Positions 48,080 to 58,123 are shown, numbered from the stretch's first letter. The stretch: DNA of 64,000 nt from an uncultured Chlamydiae bacterium (GCA_963696295.1 CAVOJR010000001.1:416001-480000), one strand, 5' to 3'. The notes: a model not told the origin generated them from the sequence alone. A program made the numbers and translations.

Positions 48080-48904
48080 ATGAAATATTTCATACCTATG
48101 CTATTACTTTTTTCAACTGCAATTGCCTCTGCAGATGTCGAGTCAAACGTGAATAGGGAATGTGTCGTTCTCCTGTGCAATAAAGCATTTTTTCCAAAAT
48201 TTTTATATACTCTTAATTTACTTACAACTAATGGAAAATATCATGGAGATATTTGTCTAGTGATCGGTGATGACTTACTAGATAATAAATTGTTAAATGA
48301 TGACTTATTAAAAAACAACAACGTTATCATTAAACATTTTCCCGATTTGCAATTTCCACTAGATTTTATTGAAATGGCTAAGAATCTCGATCGCCCATTT
48401 TTTTGGTTTGAAAAACTATTTCAATATCATAAACTGCATTTATTTAACACGTACTTTAAAAAATGGGATACAATATTTTATATAGATTGCGGGGTGACGA
48501 TTTTTTCTGATATACGTCCCATCCTTAATACTAGAGAGCCTGATCTGTTATTGGCCCATTCAGATGCCTACCCAACTTATCAATGGAAATTGCATGTTCA
48601 ATTCGATAAATCAAAAGTAGACTTTTATAATAAATTGAATAGCAATTTCAATTTAAATATTGATTATTTTCAAACAACTTGCATGCTATACGATTCAAAT
48701 ATTATTGAAGAGAATACATTTGAAGATCTTTACAATTTAACTTTAACATATCCAATAAGTAGAACAAATGATCAAGGTATTATTTCTCTATATTTTACTA
48801 ATATAGTGCCAATATGGAAACAGATTCCCTTGAGAAATGAAAACACCTTCTTTTACGATTATATGAAAAGAGGTAATGACAAATACATCATGACAAAAAT
48901 GTAG
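48080..48904 (+). CDS. GT8-like (GT-A fold) glycosyltransferase with a signal peptide; AT-rich gene
   Basis: KLHLF, IFYIDCG, YFQT, NDQGII. Confidence 0.7.
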   Translation: MKYFIPMLLLFSTAIASADVESNVNRECVVLLCNKAFFPKFLYTLNLLTTNGKYHGDICLVIGDDLLDNKLLNDDLLKNNNVIIKHFPDLQFPLDFIEMAKNLDRPFFWFEKLFQYHKLHLFNTYFKKWDTIFYIDCGVTIFSDIRPILNTREPDLLLAHSDAYPTYQWKLHVQFDKSKVDFYNKLNSNFNLNIDYFQTTCMLYDSNIIEENTFEDLYNLTLTYPISRTNDQGIISLYFTNIVPIWKQIPLRNENTFFYDYMKRGNDKYIMTKM

Positions 48905-49294
48905 CAGGTAATCAAATCGGATTAACTCAATTGTTCGGTTTCTTGCCGGCAAAATATGGGCAAGGACCGAACCCATTAAAAGACAAATAGAGTATCCCTT
49001 TTCCCTGACTCAATCATGTCTACTTTAAAAATGTTGTAAGGAAGTACCATTTTGGAATTAAATGGTTTACATTTATTTCGACATTCTACATCGCAATAGC
49101 GGGCAAAAAGGCATCTGCTGCAAATATCCAGCTTTTTTGTTGTTCTTATGGCCTTCGCACTGTTTGGATGTAGGAGAGTCTGTTAAAAAAGCCACTATTA
49201 TTGTCAATTTATCATTAAGAATTAAAATTATTTGACTATCAATTTATTTTTATTCATACTAATAAATGTACTATTTAATAAATAGGAGACAATT

Positions 49295-49555
49295 ATGCCA
49301 TCAACACAAGTAGCTATAATTAATGCCAAAATCAAGGAAGTAAACGATTACCTCGACAGTGTAGAACGCGATTTGGCTAAGAGACAGCCGGGTGAGGCGC
49401 CAAAAATGAAAAACAGCATGCTTATGATGCTTGAAGACTGCATCATTGAATTGACAGAGCTCAAGCGAAATGCGTCACCGGAAGATCAGACATCAATCGC
49501 TCCTGTGATCGACAAAGCGAAGGGTTTGGAATCCAATTTAAAAAGCAGAAAATAA
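49295..49555 (+). CDS. Small helical hypothetical protein
   Basis: AGGAG RBS; TTGACT-N17-CATACT promoter at 49232-49260; 86 aa. Confidence 0.7.
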   Translation: MPSTQVAIINAKIKEVNDYLDSVERDLAKRQPGEAPKMKNSMLMMLEDCIIELTELKRNASPEDQTSIAPVIDKAKGLESNLKSRK

Positions 49556-50131
49556 CATTTGCTTCAGGGCGTCTTGATCTAAGGGAGAATGAGGCTCAAT
49601 CTCCCTTACTTTCACATTGCCGAAATGCTCTATGGCCTGTTTGTTCGATTCATTCTTTGGACCATTGAGGATCACCCCCGCAACCGGTATTTGACGGGAG
49701 CGCAGCCCTGAGAGGGTCAGGAGGGTGTGATTGAGGGTGCCAAGCGCACTGCGGGCAACAATCAGCACGGGAAGATTTAACTGCTCGATCAGATCGATCA
49801 TCAAATCCTTTTCATTTAAGGGCACGAGGATGCCGCCGGCCCCCTCTACAATGATAGGCTCAAGCGGGGGGAGTATGATTTTTGACAAAGAGATCGAGAT
49901 CCCCTCAAGCTTGGCGGCAGCGTGGGGAGAAAGGGGCGCTTTCAGCCGGTAAGCTTCCGGAAGAAAGGCGCAGCCGGTCATCGTTTTGACCCACTCAGTA
50001 TCTGTACAGGGTTCGAGGCCGGCCTGGATCGGCTTCCAATAAGTGCCTTTTAAACTGAGTGTGAGGGCTGCCGAGATAACCGTTTTGCCAACGCCGGTGT
50101 CGGTGCCTGTTACGAAATACCCTTTTACCAT
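49538..50131 (-). CDS. bioD: Dethiobiotin synthase
   Basis: FVTGTDTGVGKT, KPIQAG, VEGAGG, LGTLNHTLL. Confidence 0.96.
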   Translation of the reverse strand: MVKGYFVTGTDTGVGKTVISAALTLSLKGTYWKPIQAGLEPCTDTEWVKTMTGCAFLPEAYRLKAPLSPHAAAKLEGISISLSKIILPPLEPIIVEGAGGILVPLNEKDLMIDLIEQLNLPVLIVARSALGTLNHTLLTLSGLRSRQIPVAGVILNGPKNESNKQAIEHFGNVKVREIEPHSPLDQDALKQMLFSAF

Positions 50132-50880
50132 TTTTGCATGGCCGCATAGGCTATGTTATAGGTGATCCCCACGCCAAGGGGCGATTGCTCATCCCAGTAG
50201 TTTAGCAGCTGCCGCATTTGGGAGGGGGAAAGGCTCTTCTTTTTTAAAGCTGTGTTCGCACCGATCCGCTTAAAACCCTTTAAGCACTGCAACGCGTTGG
50301 GATAAATCAGCGTAATCCTCTTTTCCCAAAGGTGATAGGAAGTAGAAATGGGGCGAAGATCGGTTACGAGGGGAAAATCATTGCCGGTATAAGGAAGATT
50401 GAGATCGCAGCACGCCTGCTGCCACTCTGGAAAGCTTTTGTCTTCCAGGAAGGAAAAAAGCAGGAGGCCGCCGGGCTTCAAACCTTCATAGAGCTTCTGA
50501 ACGCTAGCCTGAAAATCGCGAAACCATTGAAAAACTAGTCCCGAAACAATCAGGGCGAACTTATTCTCCTCATAAAAATCCTCCCCGTCCAATAAGGAAA
50601 AATTGAGTTTTTCGCCGTTTACATTCGAGCGGCACTTTTCAAGCATGGTAGGGCAGATATCGGTGATGATCTTCTGCCGGTCAGGAAACGAGCTGCAGAG
50701 CTCTTTAGTGATAAATCCGGTTCCGCAGCCGATCTCGAGAATGGGTCCGGAAGGCAGCCTGTCCAGTTGGTGAAAATATTTCCCAAGAGTTTTAGCGGCA
50801 ACTCCTTGCACATAAGCTTCCCTGTCATAGTTTTGAGAGCCCTTCGAAAAACTCTGGATAATTTGCTCGGCTATAGCCAT
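50125..50880 (-). CDS. bioC: Malonyl-ACP O-methyltransferase
   Basis: FSKGSQNYD..A.VQ, ILEIGCGTG, FQWF; position in the bio operon. Confidence 0.9.
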   Translation of the reverse strand: MAIAEQIIQSFSKGSQNYDREAYVQGVAAKTLGKYFHQLDRLPSGPILEIGCGTGFITKELCSSFPDRQKIITDICPTMLEKCRSNVNGEKLNFSLLDGEDFYEENKFALIVSGLVFQWFRDFQASVQKLYEGLKPGGLLLFSFLEDKSFPEWQQACCDLNLPYTGNDFPLVTDLRPISTSYHLWEKRITLIYPNALQCLKGFKRIGANTALKKKSLSPSQMRQLLNYWDEQSPLGVGITYNIAYAAMQKW

Positions 50881-51611
50881 CTTTTAACCCATTGAAAGCA
50901 TTCAGTCGCATTCACTATCGGCAGGGCGTGAGTCCCGCCATCTAGAGTAATGAGTTTACTATTGGGTAGTAAACTTTGCAACTCAATTGCTTTTTCAAGG
51001 GGCGCGATTTGATCTTCTGTTCCATGCAATAACAGTATTTCCGGAATTATTTTGAGGCGCTCTATATCTAATATACTGTTATTCAAAGAGTTTAAATCTT
51101 GGATCAGGAGAGGCAGATTAGCCTTGTTCACTTCTCCGGGCAGAAATACAACAGCTGGCGAAGAGGGAATAGCTTTGAATTTAGCCGAGGAGCCAGATGT
51201 TGTAGATAGAGCTTGAAAACTGACCGAAGATGTGAACAAGGCCGGCAGATTTATGTCCTTTGCCGCTTTCTCTTCCAGGCCGCAATCCCGGTAAAACTGT
51301 GTTAAGGTGCCCTCTGGATGGGTTTTTAAGCCTTTCATCAGCCAGGCGAGGTAGGCTTTTGTATTTTGTTTGCCGTGAATATGGACGAACCCGCCGATAA
51401 TGACTAACTTTTTTATCCGGCTAAGTTCGGCTTGTGCGAGCATGTGCAGGCCATAGGAATGGGTGATGACGAGGCAATTTTCAAGATCGCAAAGAGGAAT
51501 TGGAGTTTTAAAATAGCCCCGGTCGAAAAAATGAGAATTGGGTATAGACCCTTTCCAGCCGGTCCAACACTCCGGGCCAAATCCCCATCCATGCAAAAAA
51601 ACCCAATGCAT
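50871..51611 (-). CDS. bioH: Pimeloyl-ACP methyl ester esterase (BioH/BioG-like) carrying a 44-aa in-frame insertion
   Basis: FLHGWG, HSYG, HGTEDQIAP, GTHALP; between bioF and bioC. Confidence 0.8.
   Translation of the reverse strand: MHWVFLHGWGFGPECWTGWKGSIPNSHFFDRGYFKTPIPLCDLENCLVITHSYGLHMLAQAELSRIKKLVIIGGFVHIHGKQNTKAYLAWLMKGLKTHPEGTLTQFYRDCGLEEKAAKDINLPALFTSSVSFQALSTTSGSSAKFKAIPSSPAVVFLPGEVNKANLPLLIQDLNSLNNSILDIERLKIIPEILLLHGTEDQIAPLEKAIELQSLLPNSKLITLDGGTHALPIVNATECFQWVKRWL
51112..51251. mobile_element. Miniature palindromic element inserted in frame in bioH
   Basis: Terminal IR GCCTTGTTCAC (51121-51131 / 51232-51242, extends to 20/23); inner IR TACAACAGCTGGC/GCCAGATGTTGTA; GGCAGATT duplicated at 51112 and 51244, 132 bp apart. 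Confidence 0.85.
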
Positions 51612-51614
51612 CGA

Positions 51615-52709
51615 TCAACCTATCAGCGCGAGGTGTTCTTCCGTGTGCTCCGCGGTCAATGAGAGGCGGACTCTCGATTGCCCCTTCGCTACGGTGGGCG
51701 GGCGAATGGCGGGGGCAAAGCATCCCCGCTCAAACAACCGGCTCTCCAGGTCAAGCGCTTGTTCCTCGGAACCGACAATGAGGGGGATAATATGCGAGGC
51801 GCTGCAGCCAATATCGATCCCAAGAGTTTGCAGTTTCTGACGAAAGAGGGAAGCCGTTTGCTCCAGATGGCTCCGCTCCTTATCCATGGCGGGTATCAAG
51901 TCTAAAGCCGCGTCCACAGCCCCGACGATGGGCGGCGGCAAAGCGGTGCTGTAGATCAGTCCGCCGCACTTTTGAATGAGCAAATCGCAAACAGGGCGGG
52001 AACAGAGGATATAAGCGCCGAAGCTTCCGAAGGCTTTGCCAAAGGTGCCTAGGACAAGATCGATTCCGGCACCGGCCGTCAAACCAAGTCCTTTTGGACC
52101 CAGGACGCCGACGGCATGGGCGTCGTCGACATAAAGAAAAGCCCCATATTCCGCTGCGAGGGATTTTAAATCTGTTAAAGGGGTGATATCTCCATCCATG
52201 CTAAAGAGCGATTCGGTCACGATCACTTTCTTTTTATAAGGGGAGTCCTTTAAATATTTTTTTAGCTGATCAAAATCCTGATGGGCAAAGCGGAGAAGGC
52301 GCCCCTGGCTTAACCTGGCCCCTTGCACCAAACTGTGATGGCAATGGCGGTCCATGACGATTAAGGTGTCGCGGTCTGCCAAGGCCGAAAGTATGCTGAT
52401 ATTGGCCTGGTAGCCGGTATTCATCAAAAGGGCGCACTCATAGCCCATCATGGCGGCCAAGCGCTTTTCCAGCTGATCGTGATAGATATGGCTGCCTGAG
52501 ACCAGCCTGGAAGAGCCCGCGCCAACCCCGTATTGCTCGATATAGCGGATCGCCCGTTCTTTGAGACAGGGATGGTTTTTCAATCCCAAATAATCATTGC
52601 CGGCGAAGTTGATCACTGTCTTACCCTGCCAGAGAAGTGAAAGCTCCGAACCGGGAACGAGGGTTTTTAAAGTTCTTTTCAGGTTAGGAGAGATTGAACT
52701 TCGGAACAT
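51615..52709 (-). CDS. bioF: 8-amino-7-oxononanoate synthase
   Basis: NDYLGL, GSSRLVSG, ESLFSMDGD, VDDAHAVG, GTFGKAFG, IRPPTV. Confidence 0.96.
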   Translation of the reverse strand: MFRSSISPNLKRTLKTLVPGSELSLLWQGKTVINFAGNDYLGLKNHPCLKERAIRYIEQYGVGAGSSRLVSGSHIYHDQLEKRLAAMMGYECALLMNTGYQANISILSALADRDTLIVMDRHCHHSLVQGARLSQGRLLRFAHQDFDQLKKYLKDSPYKKKVIVTESLFSMDGDITPLTDLKSLAAEYGAFLYVDDAHAVGVLGPKGLGLTAGAGIDLVLGTFGKAFGSFGAYILCSRPVCDLLIQKCGGLIYSTALPPPIVGAVDAALDLIPAMDKERSHLEQTASLFRQKLQTLGIDIGCSASHIIPLIVGSEEQALDLESRLFERGCFAPAIRPPTVAKGQSRVRLSLTAEHTEEHLALIG

Positions 52710-53092
52710 ATCTTGAGCGCCTCTTTGAATGTGATCAGATCCATTGCCTCGGATAGGGAAGCCCATTTGCCTTCAGCGAGTTCTTCCATTTGGAGTTTCA
52801 CATCTCCCTCGGCCTCAGCCATAAAGTAGGTTACCCGTTTTTTTATGACCGTTTCATCGCTTTTACGGAAAATATAGTATTCCTCCAACTCTTTGAAGGG
52901 GAGAAATTGCACGACCGACAAACCGGTTTCTTCAAAAAGCTCCCGCTTAGCGGTCTCTTGAGGGGTTTCGGAGCCGTCTTGGTGCCCTTTGGGAAAACTC
53001 CAGTGCCCGGCTCGGTGCTGAATGAGGAAAACCTGCCAGCATCCCTGGAAGCGTCGAAGGGGGATAATCCCAAAGGAATGTTCATGCTGCAT
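52679..53092 (-). CDS. NUDIX hydrolase (Ap4A hydrolase-like)
   Basis: WSFPKGH.....TAKRELFEETG Nudix box. Confidence 0.92.
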   Translation of the reverse strand: MQHEHSFGIIPLRRFQGCWQVFLIQHRAGHWSFPKGHQDGSETPQETAKRELFEETGLSVVQFLPFKELEEYYIFRKSDETVIKKRVTYFMAEAEGDVKLQMEELAEGKWASLSEAMDLITFKEALKICSEVQSLLT

Positions 53093-53095
53093 AGC

Positions 53096-54343
53096 TTATT
53101 CTTGGTAAGGAGCAAAAACAATAGAGGCATTGTGGCCGCCAAATCCAAAAGAATTGGAGAGGGCCGCTTTAATTTTCAACTCTTCAGCATGGGTTGGAAT
53201 ATGAAAATCGATTCCAGGTTCCGGGTTTTCCAGATTGGCAGTCGGGTGCACGATACCTGTTGTAATGGCTTTGACCGTCGCCACCGCTTCAATCCCACCG
53301 GCAGCGCCTAAACTATGCCCTACCATCGATTTTGTGGAGTTCATGGTCACTTTTTTGGGATCTTTGATCACAAGCTTTGTCGCCTGCACTTCGACCATAT
53401 CCCCAGCAGGTGTAGAGGTGGCATGGGCATTGATAAAATTAATATCTTCGGGCTTTATTCCGGCATCCTCCAGAGCGTGGCGGATGCACAGGGCAATTCC
53501 GTAGCCATCGGGACGAGGCTCGGTCATGTGGTAGGCATCGCAGGAGACACCGCCGCCTAAATACTCGGCCAAAATAGTCGCTCCCCTCGCTTTGGCATGG
53601 CTCAAACTCTCCAGCACAATTACGCCGGCTCCTTCCCCCATGACAAAACCGTCGCGGTCGCGGTCCCAGGGACGGGAGGCTTTCATCGGATCGTCGTTGC
53701 GCTGCGAGAGCGCTTTACAGGCGCAGAAACCGGCTACCCCCATCGGGATAATCGGCGCTTCGACGCCTCCGCAGATCATGAGATCGGCATCCCCGAAGCG
53801 GATGTGGTTGGCCGCGGCGATGATAGAGTTATTAGACGTCGCACAAGCCGTGGAAATGGAGTAATTCGGCCCCATGAAGCCGAGATCTTTAGCTAATAAC
53901 GCGCCGCCCATATTGGATAAAATGTAGGGGACAAAAAAGGGAGACACCCGGCGCGGCCCTTTTTCTGCGAGGGTATTCACTCCCTCGGCAAAGATACCCA
54001 TCCCGCCCATGCCGGAGCCGATAACGATCCCGCATCTTTCCTTATTCAGTTTTTCCATTTCCGCACCGGACAGATGGGCATATTCCATCGCTTTTTTTCC
54101 GGCGACTATGGTGTAGGAGATATAGGGATCGGCGCGTCTGGCCAGTTTGTAATCGACATACTCGCCGGGATCAAAATCTTTGATCGAAGCGGCAAAGCGC
54201 GTGGTGAAATCTTCGCAGGGAAACTGGGTGATAGGGGTGACGCCGCTTTTGCCTGCCAGCAGCTCGGAATAAAAATGCTCGACATCGTTTCCAAAACAGG
54301 AAACTACCCCAAGCCCCGTGACGACGATTCTTCGCTTATTCAT
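53096..54343 (-). CDS. fabF: 3-oxoacyl-ACP synthase II
   Basis: RIVVTGLG, STACAT, NAHATST, GHSLGAAG, SNSFGFGG. Confidence 0.97.
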   Translation of the reverse strand: MNKRRIVVTGLGVVSCFGNDVEHFYSELLAGKSGVTPITQFPCEDFTTRFAASIKDFDPGEYVDYKLARRADPYISYTIVAGKKAMEYAHLSGAEMEKLNKERCGIVIGSGMGGMGIFAEGVNTLAEKGPRRVSPFFVPYILSNMGGALLAKDLGFMGPNYSISTACATSNNSIIAAANHIRFGDADLMICGGVEAPIIPMGVAGFCACKALSQRNDDPMKASRPWDRDRDGFVMGEGAGVIVLESLSHAKARGATILAEYLGGGVSCDAYHMTEPRPDGYGIALCIRHALEDAGIKPEDINFINAHATSTPAGDMVEVQATKLVIKDPKKVTMNSTKSMVGHSLGAAGGIEAVATVKAITTGIVHPTANLENPEPGIDFHIPTHAEELKIKAALSNSFGFGGHNASIVFAPYQE

Positions 54344-54719
54344 TTTTATCACCCTCGGCGATTTTAATGGTTAAATCCACAATTTTTCCCTCTTTCCACA
54401 AATTCTCAAGAGCGTATTTTTCCCTAAGCTCCGGTATAAATAAGTGTACCAGCACTTCGCCAAAATCCATCACGATCCAATCGCCGGATTCAGCGCCTTC
54501 CACATGCAAGGGGGAATGCCCCATTTCAGTCAATTTTTCCTGAAGAGACAAGCAGATAGCCCGGACATGGCGATCGACAGAGCCCTCAGCAATGACGAAA
54601 AAGTCTGTTAAGTTGGAAACATCCCTGACATCCAAGCCCAGAATGTTAAAGCCTTTTTTATCGTAAATTGTTTGGGCAATGGCATTTAACATTGCGATAG
54701 AGGTTTCTTGTTCAGTCAT
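54336..54719 (-). CDS. rsfS: Ribosome silencing factor
   Basis: DKKGFNI..LDV, WIVMDFGEVLVHLF, REKYALENLW. Confidence 0.94.
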   Translation of the reverse strand: MTEQETSIAMLNAIAQTIYDKKGFNILGLDVRDVSNLTDFFVIAEGSVDRHVRAICLSLQEKLTEMGHSPLHVEGAESGDWIVMDFGEVLVHLFIPELREKYALENLWKEGKIVDLTIKIAEGDKNE

Positions 54720-54747
54720 TTGCAATATATAAAAATTATTCTCGAGA

Positions 54748-55341
54748 CTACAAGTATAAATCATTTTGATAAATAATTGCCAGTATTTTTGCCGGTATCA
54801 AATGGCCGCAATAAATTCTTTTTTTTAACCGCTCCCGCAGCTCGGTGCTGCTTATTTCCATAATGCGAGTCTCAGTCAATCCCTGTTGCAAGGCTTTTTG
54901 AATTTCAGGGTTTCCTAAAATTTCCAGACTATAGCCCTGGGTTCTCTTGCCAATTAATAATTTAGCAAGGGAAACGATCTCTTCCGCTTTATGCCATCTA
55001 AAAAAGTGGGCCAGCGCATCCTCTCCCATCAGCACATAAAACTCATGATCCGGATATTGCCTATGCAAATCGCGCAAAGTCTCTACGGTATAGGAGGGCC
55101 CCTCCCGATTGACTTCGATTTCCAGGACGCGGAATCGGGGAATTTCATTCAAAACGCTTCTTAACATCTCGAGGCGGATCGTCCCATCCACCTTCGGCGC
55201 CGCATGGCTCTTGAACGGGCTGATTTTGGCCGGGCAAAACCAGACTTCGTCCAGTTTCCGTTTTTCCATTAATTCCAAAGCCAAATTGAGATGGCCAAAG
55301 TGAAGAGGATCAAAAGAGCCGCCGTAAAGTCCCACCTTCAT
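54748..55341 (-). CDS. nadD: Nicotinate-nucleotide adenylyltransferase
   Basis: GGSFDPLHFGH, SYTVETL, ISSTELR. Confidence 0.95.
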   Translation of the reverse strand: MKVGLYGGSFDPLHFGHLNLALELMEKRKLDEVWFCPAKISPFKSHAAPKVDGTIRLEMLRSVLNEIPRFRVLEIEVNREGPSYTVETLRDLHRQYPDHEFYVLMGEDALAHFFRWHKAEEIVSLAKLLIGKRTQGYSLEILGNPEIQKALQQGLTETRIMEISSTELRERLKKRIYCGHLIPAKILAIIYQNDLYL

Positions 55342-57470
55342 AAAATAAACAATAACTCCCTGTATTTGGGCAGAGGCCAAAGTTGATCGTCGATCAGCCC
55401 CTCCAGCTGGTCGACGGCATCCCGCAGCTCTTCTCCTTTTGAAAGGACTTGATCGCCGAAGGTAAAGGCGCGTTTTGAAAGCTCCTGGCTCATCGCCCTC
55501 ACCCGCAACTCCTCAAGTTCCCGGGCTGCGGTCAGGGCTTTTTCGATCAGTCCGTTTAATTTCTCCCCTAACAATGAAACGGCAGAGAATTCCTTCAGCT
55601 GTTTCAGGGCGGCCGGGAGAATTTGGGTGTAAAACATTTCCCTCATCAAATTTGCGTCGATATTCATGGTCGTCGCATAAATATCCAGCGCAATTTCATG
55701 GCGGCTTTTCATTTCATGTTCCGTCAGGATCCCCTCAAAGGCTTGAATCGTTTCTTTCTTTAGCAGCGCTTCCATTGCCTCGGTCGATCTTTTGAAGTTT
55801 GACAAATTGCGGCGCCTGGCCTCATCAACCCATTCCTGCGAATAATTGTCCCCGGAATACCTCACTTTTTTTGAAAGCTTGATATATTTCTGCACTACAG
55901 GCAAAGCGGCTTCAGCAAAGGAGATTTTAGCCGAGGCCATCTCCTTCTCAATTTCATCGATCATATGATTCAGGCAGTCCGCCACCATCACGTTAAGCAC
56001 AGTGATTAAAAAGGCAGGACTCGCTGAGGAGCCAAGGGCGCGCATTTCAAACTTGTTGCCAGTAAAGGCAAACGGGGATGTGCGGTTGCGGTCGGTATTG
56101 TCGCGGCTCAAATGGGGCAGGGCGGAAACGCCGAATTCATACATCTTCCTGTCCCCCCGGCTCACATGCTGTCCGCTCTTTTCGATATTGTCCAAAAAGG
56201 CTTCTAAAGCCTCGCCAAGATAAACGGACATAATGGCAGGAGGGGCTTCATGGCCGCCCAACCTGAAATCGTTGCTGGCAGAGCCTATTGAGGCCCGGAG
56301 CAAATCGGCATGCTTATGGACAGAATAGAGGATAGCCGTCAACAGGATCAGAAAATGGGCGTTATTTTCGGGAAAATCGGTGGGATTCAGTAAATTTATG
56401 CCCCCATCAGTGATTAACGACCAGTTGCAATGCTTGCCCGATCCGTTCAATCCGCCAAAAGGCTTTTCATGCAGCAGGCAGCATAAATTGTGCTTTAAAG
56501 CAATCCGGCGCATCAATTCCATCAAAATAATATTGTGATCTGTGGCCACCACCGCTTTTTCATAAACCGGCGCCACTTCGTATTGAGCCGGAGCTACTTC
56601 ATTGTGGCGCGTCTTGACCGGGATAGCGAGCTTTAAGGCCTCCGTTTCAAAATCGCGCATAAAATCTAAAATACGGTCTTTGACCGATCCAAAGTAATGG
56701 TCTTGCAGCTCCTGCCCTTTCGGGGGCTCTGCGCCGAAAACGGTCCTGCCGAGAAGGAGAAGATCGGGCCTCAAATCGCGAAGGGCCCTGTCCACCACAA
56801 AGTATTCCTGTTCCAGCCCGACTGAGGAGTAGACCGCCTCGGCTTTGATGCCGGTATGGCGGAGAAGCCGCAAAACGGCGTCGCTAATCCTCTGATCGGA
56901 GCGCAAAAGGGGGATTTTATTGTCTAACACATGGCCGGTCCATGAGAAAAAAACAGAGGGGATGCAAAGAGTTGCCCCATCGCCAGCTTTCCAGATAAAA
57001 ACCGGCGAAGTGGGATCCCAGCCGGTGTAGCCCCGGGCTTCATAGGTGCTTCTTAAGCCACCGGAAGGAAAAGAGGAGGCGTCGGGCTCCCCCTGGATCA
57101 GCTGTTTGCCGGAAAATTTTTCTATCACACAATCCTCGCCGCTCCAATCGATGAACGCGTCGTGCTTCTCTGCGGTGCCTCCCGTCAAAGGTTGAAAAAG
57201 ATGGGAGTAATGGGTCGCTCCATGACTCATAGCCCAATCTTTCATCGCCACGGCGATGGCATCGGCAAATTGGGGATTTAACCTCCCTTTTCGCTCTCTC
57301 GCCTGCAGGATATTCTCAAACACCTCTTGCGGCAGCATCTTTTGCATAACGCTTTGAGTGAAAACATAAGCCCCGAAAAACTCAGAAGCGTGCCGTTCAT
57401 TCCTGCAGCTTTTTTCCCGGTAAGTTCTATTTCCAATTGTTTGTATGGCTTTAAAACGAGGATTAATCAT
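55338..57470 (-). CDS. glnA: Glutamine synthetase type III
   Basis: GEPDASSFPSGGLRSTYEARGYT, HNEVAPAQ, NGSGKHCNWS, DRNRTSPFAFTGNKFE. Confidence 0.95.
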   Translation of the reverse strand: MINPRFKAIQTIGNRTYREKSCRNERHASEFFGAYVFTQSVMQKMLPQEVFENILQARERKGRLNPQFADAIAVAMKDWAMSHGATHYSHLFQPLTGGTAEKHDAFIDWSGEDCVIEKFSGKQLIQGEPDASSFPSGGLRSTYEARGYTGWDPTSPVFIWKAGDGATLCIPSVFFSWTGHVLDNKIPLLRSDQRISDAVLRLLRHTGIKAEAVYSSVGLEQEYFVVDRALRDLRPDLLLLGRTVFGAEPPKGQELQDHYFGSVKDRILDFMRDFETEALKLAIPVKTRHNEVAPAQYEVAPVYEKAVVATDHNIILMELMRRIALKHNLCCLLHEKPFGGLNGSGKHCNWSLITDGGINLLNPTDFPENNAHFLILLTAILYSVHKHADLLRASIGSASNDFRLGGHEAPPAIMSVYLGEALEAFLDNIEKSGQHVSRGDRKMYEFGVSALPHLSRDNTDRNRTSPFAFTGNKFEMRALGSSASPAFLITVLNVMVADCLNHMIDEIEKEMASAKISFAEAALPVVQKYIKLSKKVRYSGDNYSQEWVDEARRRNLSNFKRSTEAMEALLKKETIQAFEGILTEHEMKSRHEIALDIYATTMNIDANLMREMFYTQILPAALKQLKEFSAVSLLGEKLNGLIEKALTAARELEELRVRAMSQELSKRAFTFGDQVLSKGEELRDAVDQLEGLIDDQLWPLPKYRELLFIL

Positions 57471-58123
57471 AGAATCTCCCAATTGCGCTTCTGGCAAACC
57501 CGCCGTAATTCTCTATCGGGCTGAACCCCGATAGGACGTCCGGCAGCTTCTAAAAAATACAAATCCCGAATACTATCGGAATAGGCGATCGTATGCTGTT
57601 TCTGCACAGAATATAACTCTTGCAGCAAAAGCATATAATTCACTTTTTCATTGCCTTGTATGGGAGCTGAAATTACGACAAAAGCACCCCGTTTGTCAAC
57701 ATGATATTTTGATCCGCACCAGTGGCTGATATTTAAGTGCCTGGCAAAACATTCCACGATAAAATCGGGGGAACTCGAACAGATGGCGATATGATCCCCA
57801 TTCTCTTTGGCTTGCAGCAACCTGGAAATTGCAGGCGGGTAGAATAGAACCGCTTCTTTTGACTTCAAAAAGCGTTGCAGCAGATTAACAAATACATCTT
57901 TTGATTTGCCTAAAAAAAGCTCAGAAAAAACTTTTTCGTGGATCTCTTCGGTAGTCACTCTTTTCCAACTGTGACTCCAGTAAGCCCACAAGAGGCGTAA
58001 CATTTTCAGCCAGGGAATACACCCCTGTTTAAAAAGAAAAACGCCGAAGGAAAAGCTGCCGTTCCCTTTCAAAAGGGTATGGTCCAGATCAAAAACGTGC
58101 AGTTTAGCGCAGTTTTTCTTCAA
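57467..58123 (-). CDS. HAD-IB family hydrolase
   Basis: FDLDHTL, SSSP, YSDSIRD. Confidence 0.88.
   Translation of the reverse strand: MKKNCAKLHVFDLDHTLLKGNGSFSFGVFLFKQGCIPWLKMLRLLWAYWSHSWKRVTTEEIHEKVFSELFLGKSKDVFVNLLQRFLKSKEAVLFYPPAISRLLQAKENGDHIAICSSSPDFIVECFARHLNISHWCGSKYHVDKRGAFVVISAPIQGNEKVNYMLLLQELYSVQKQHTIAYSDSIRDLYFLEAAGRPIGVQPDRELRRVCQKRNWEIL

Noticed and set aside
48905..49200. Possible gene relics in the intergenic gap
   Set aside because: Short hydrophobic fragments that could not be assigned to any family
49295..49555. SNARE Habc- or MIT-like mimic
   Set aside because: Only generic three-helix amphipathicity; no diagnostic residues
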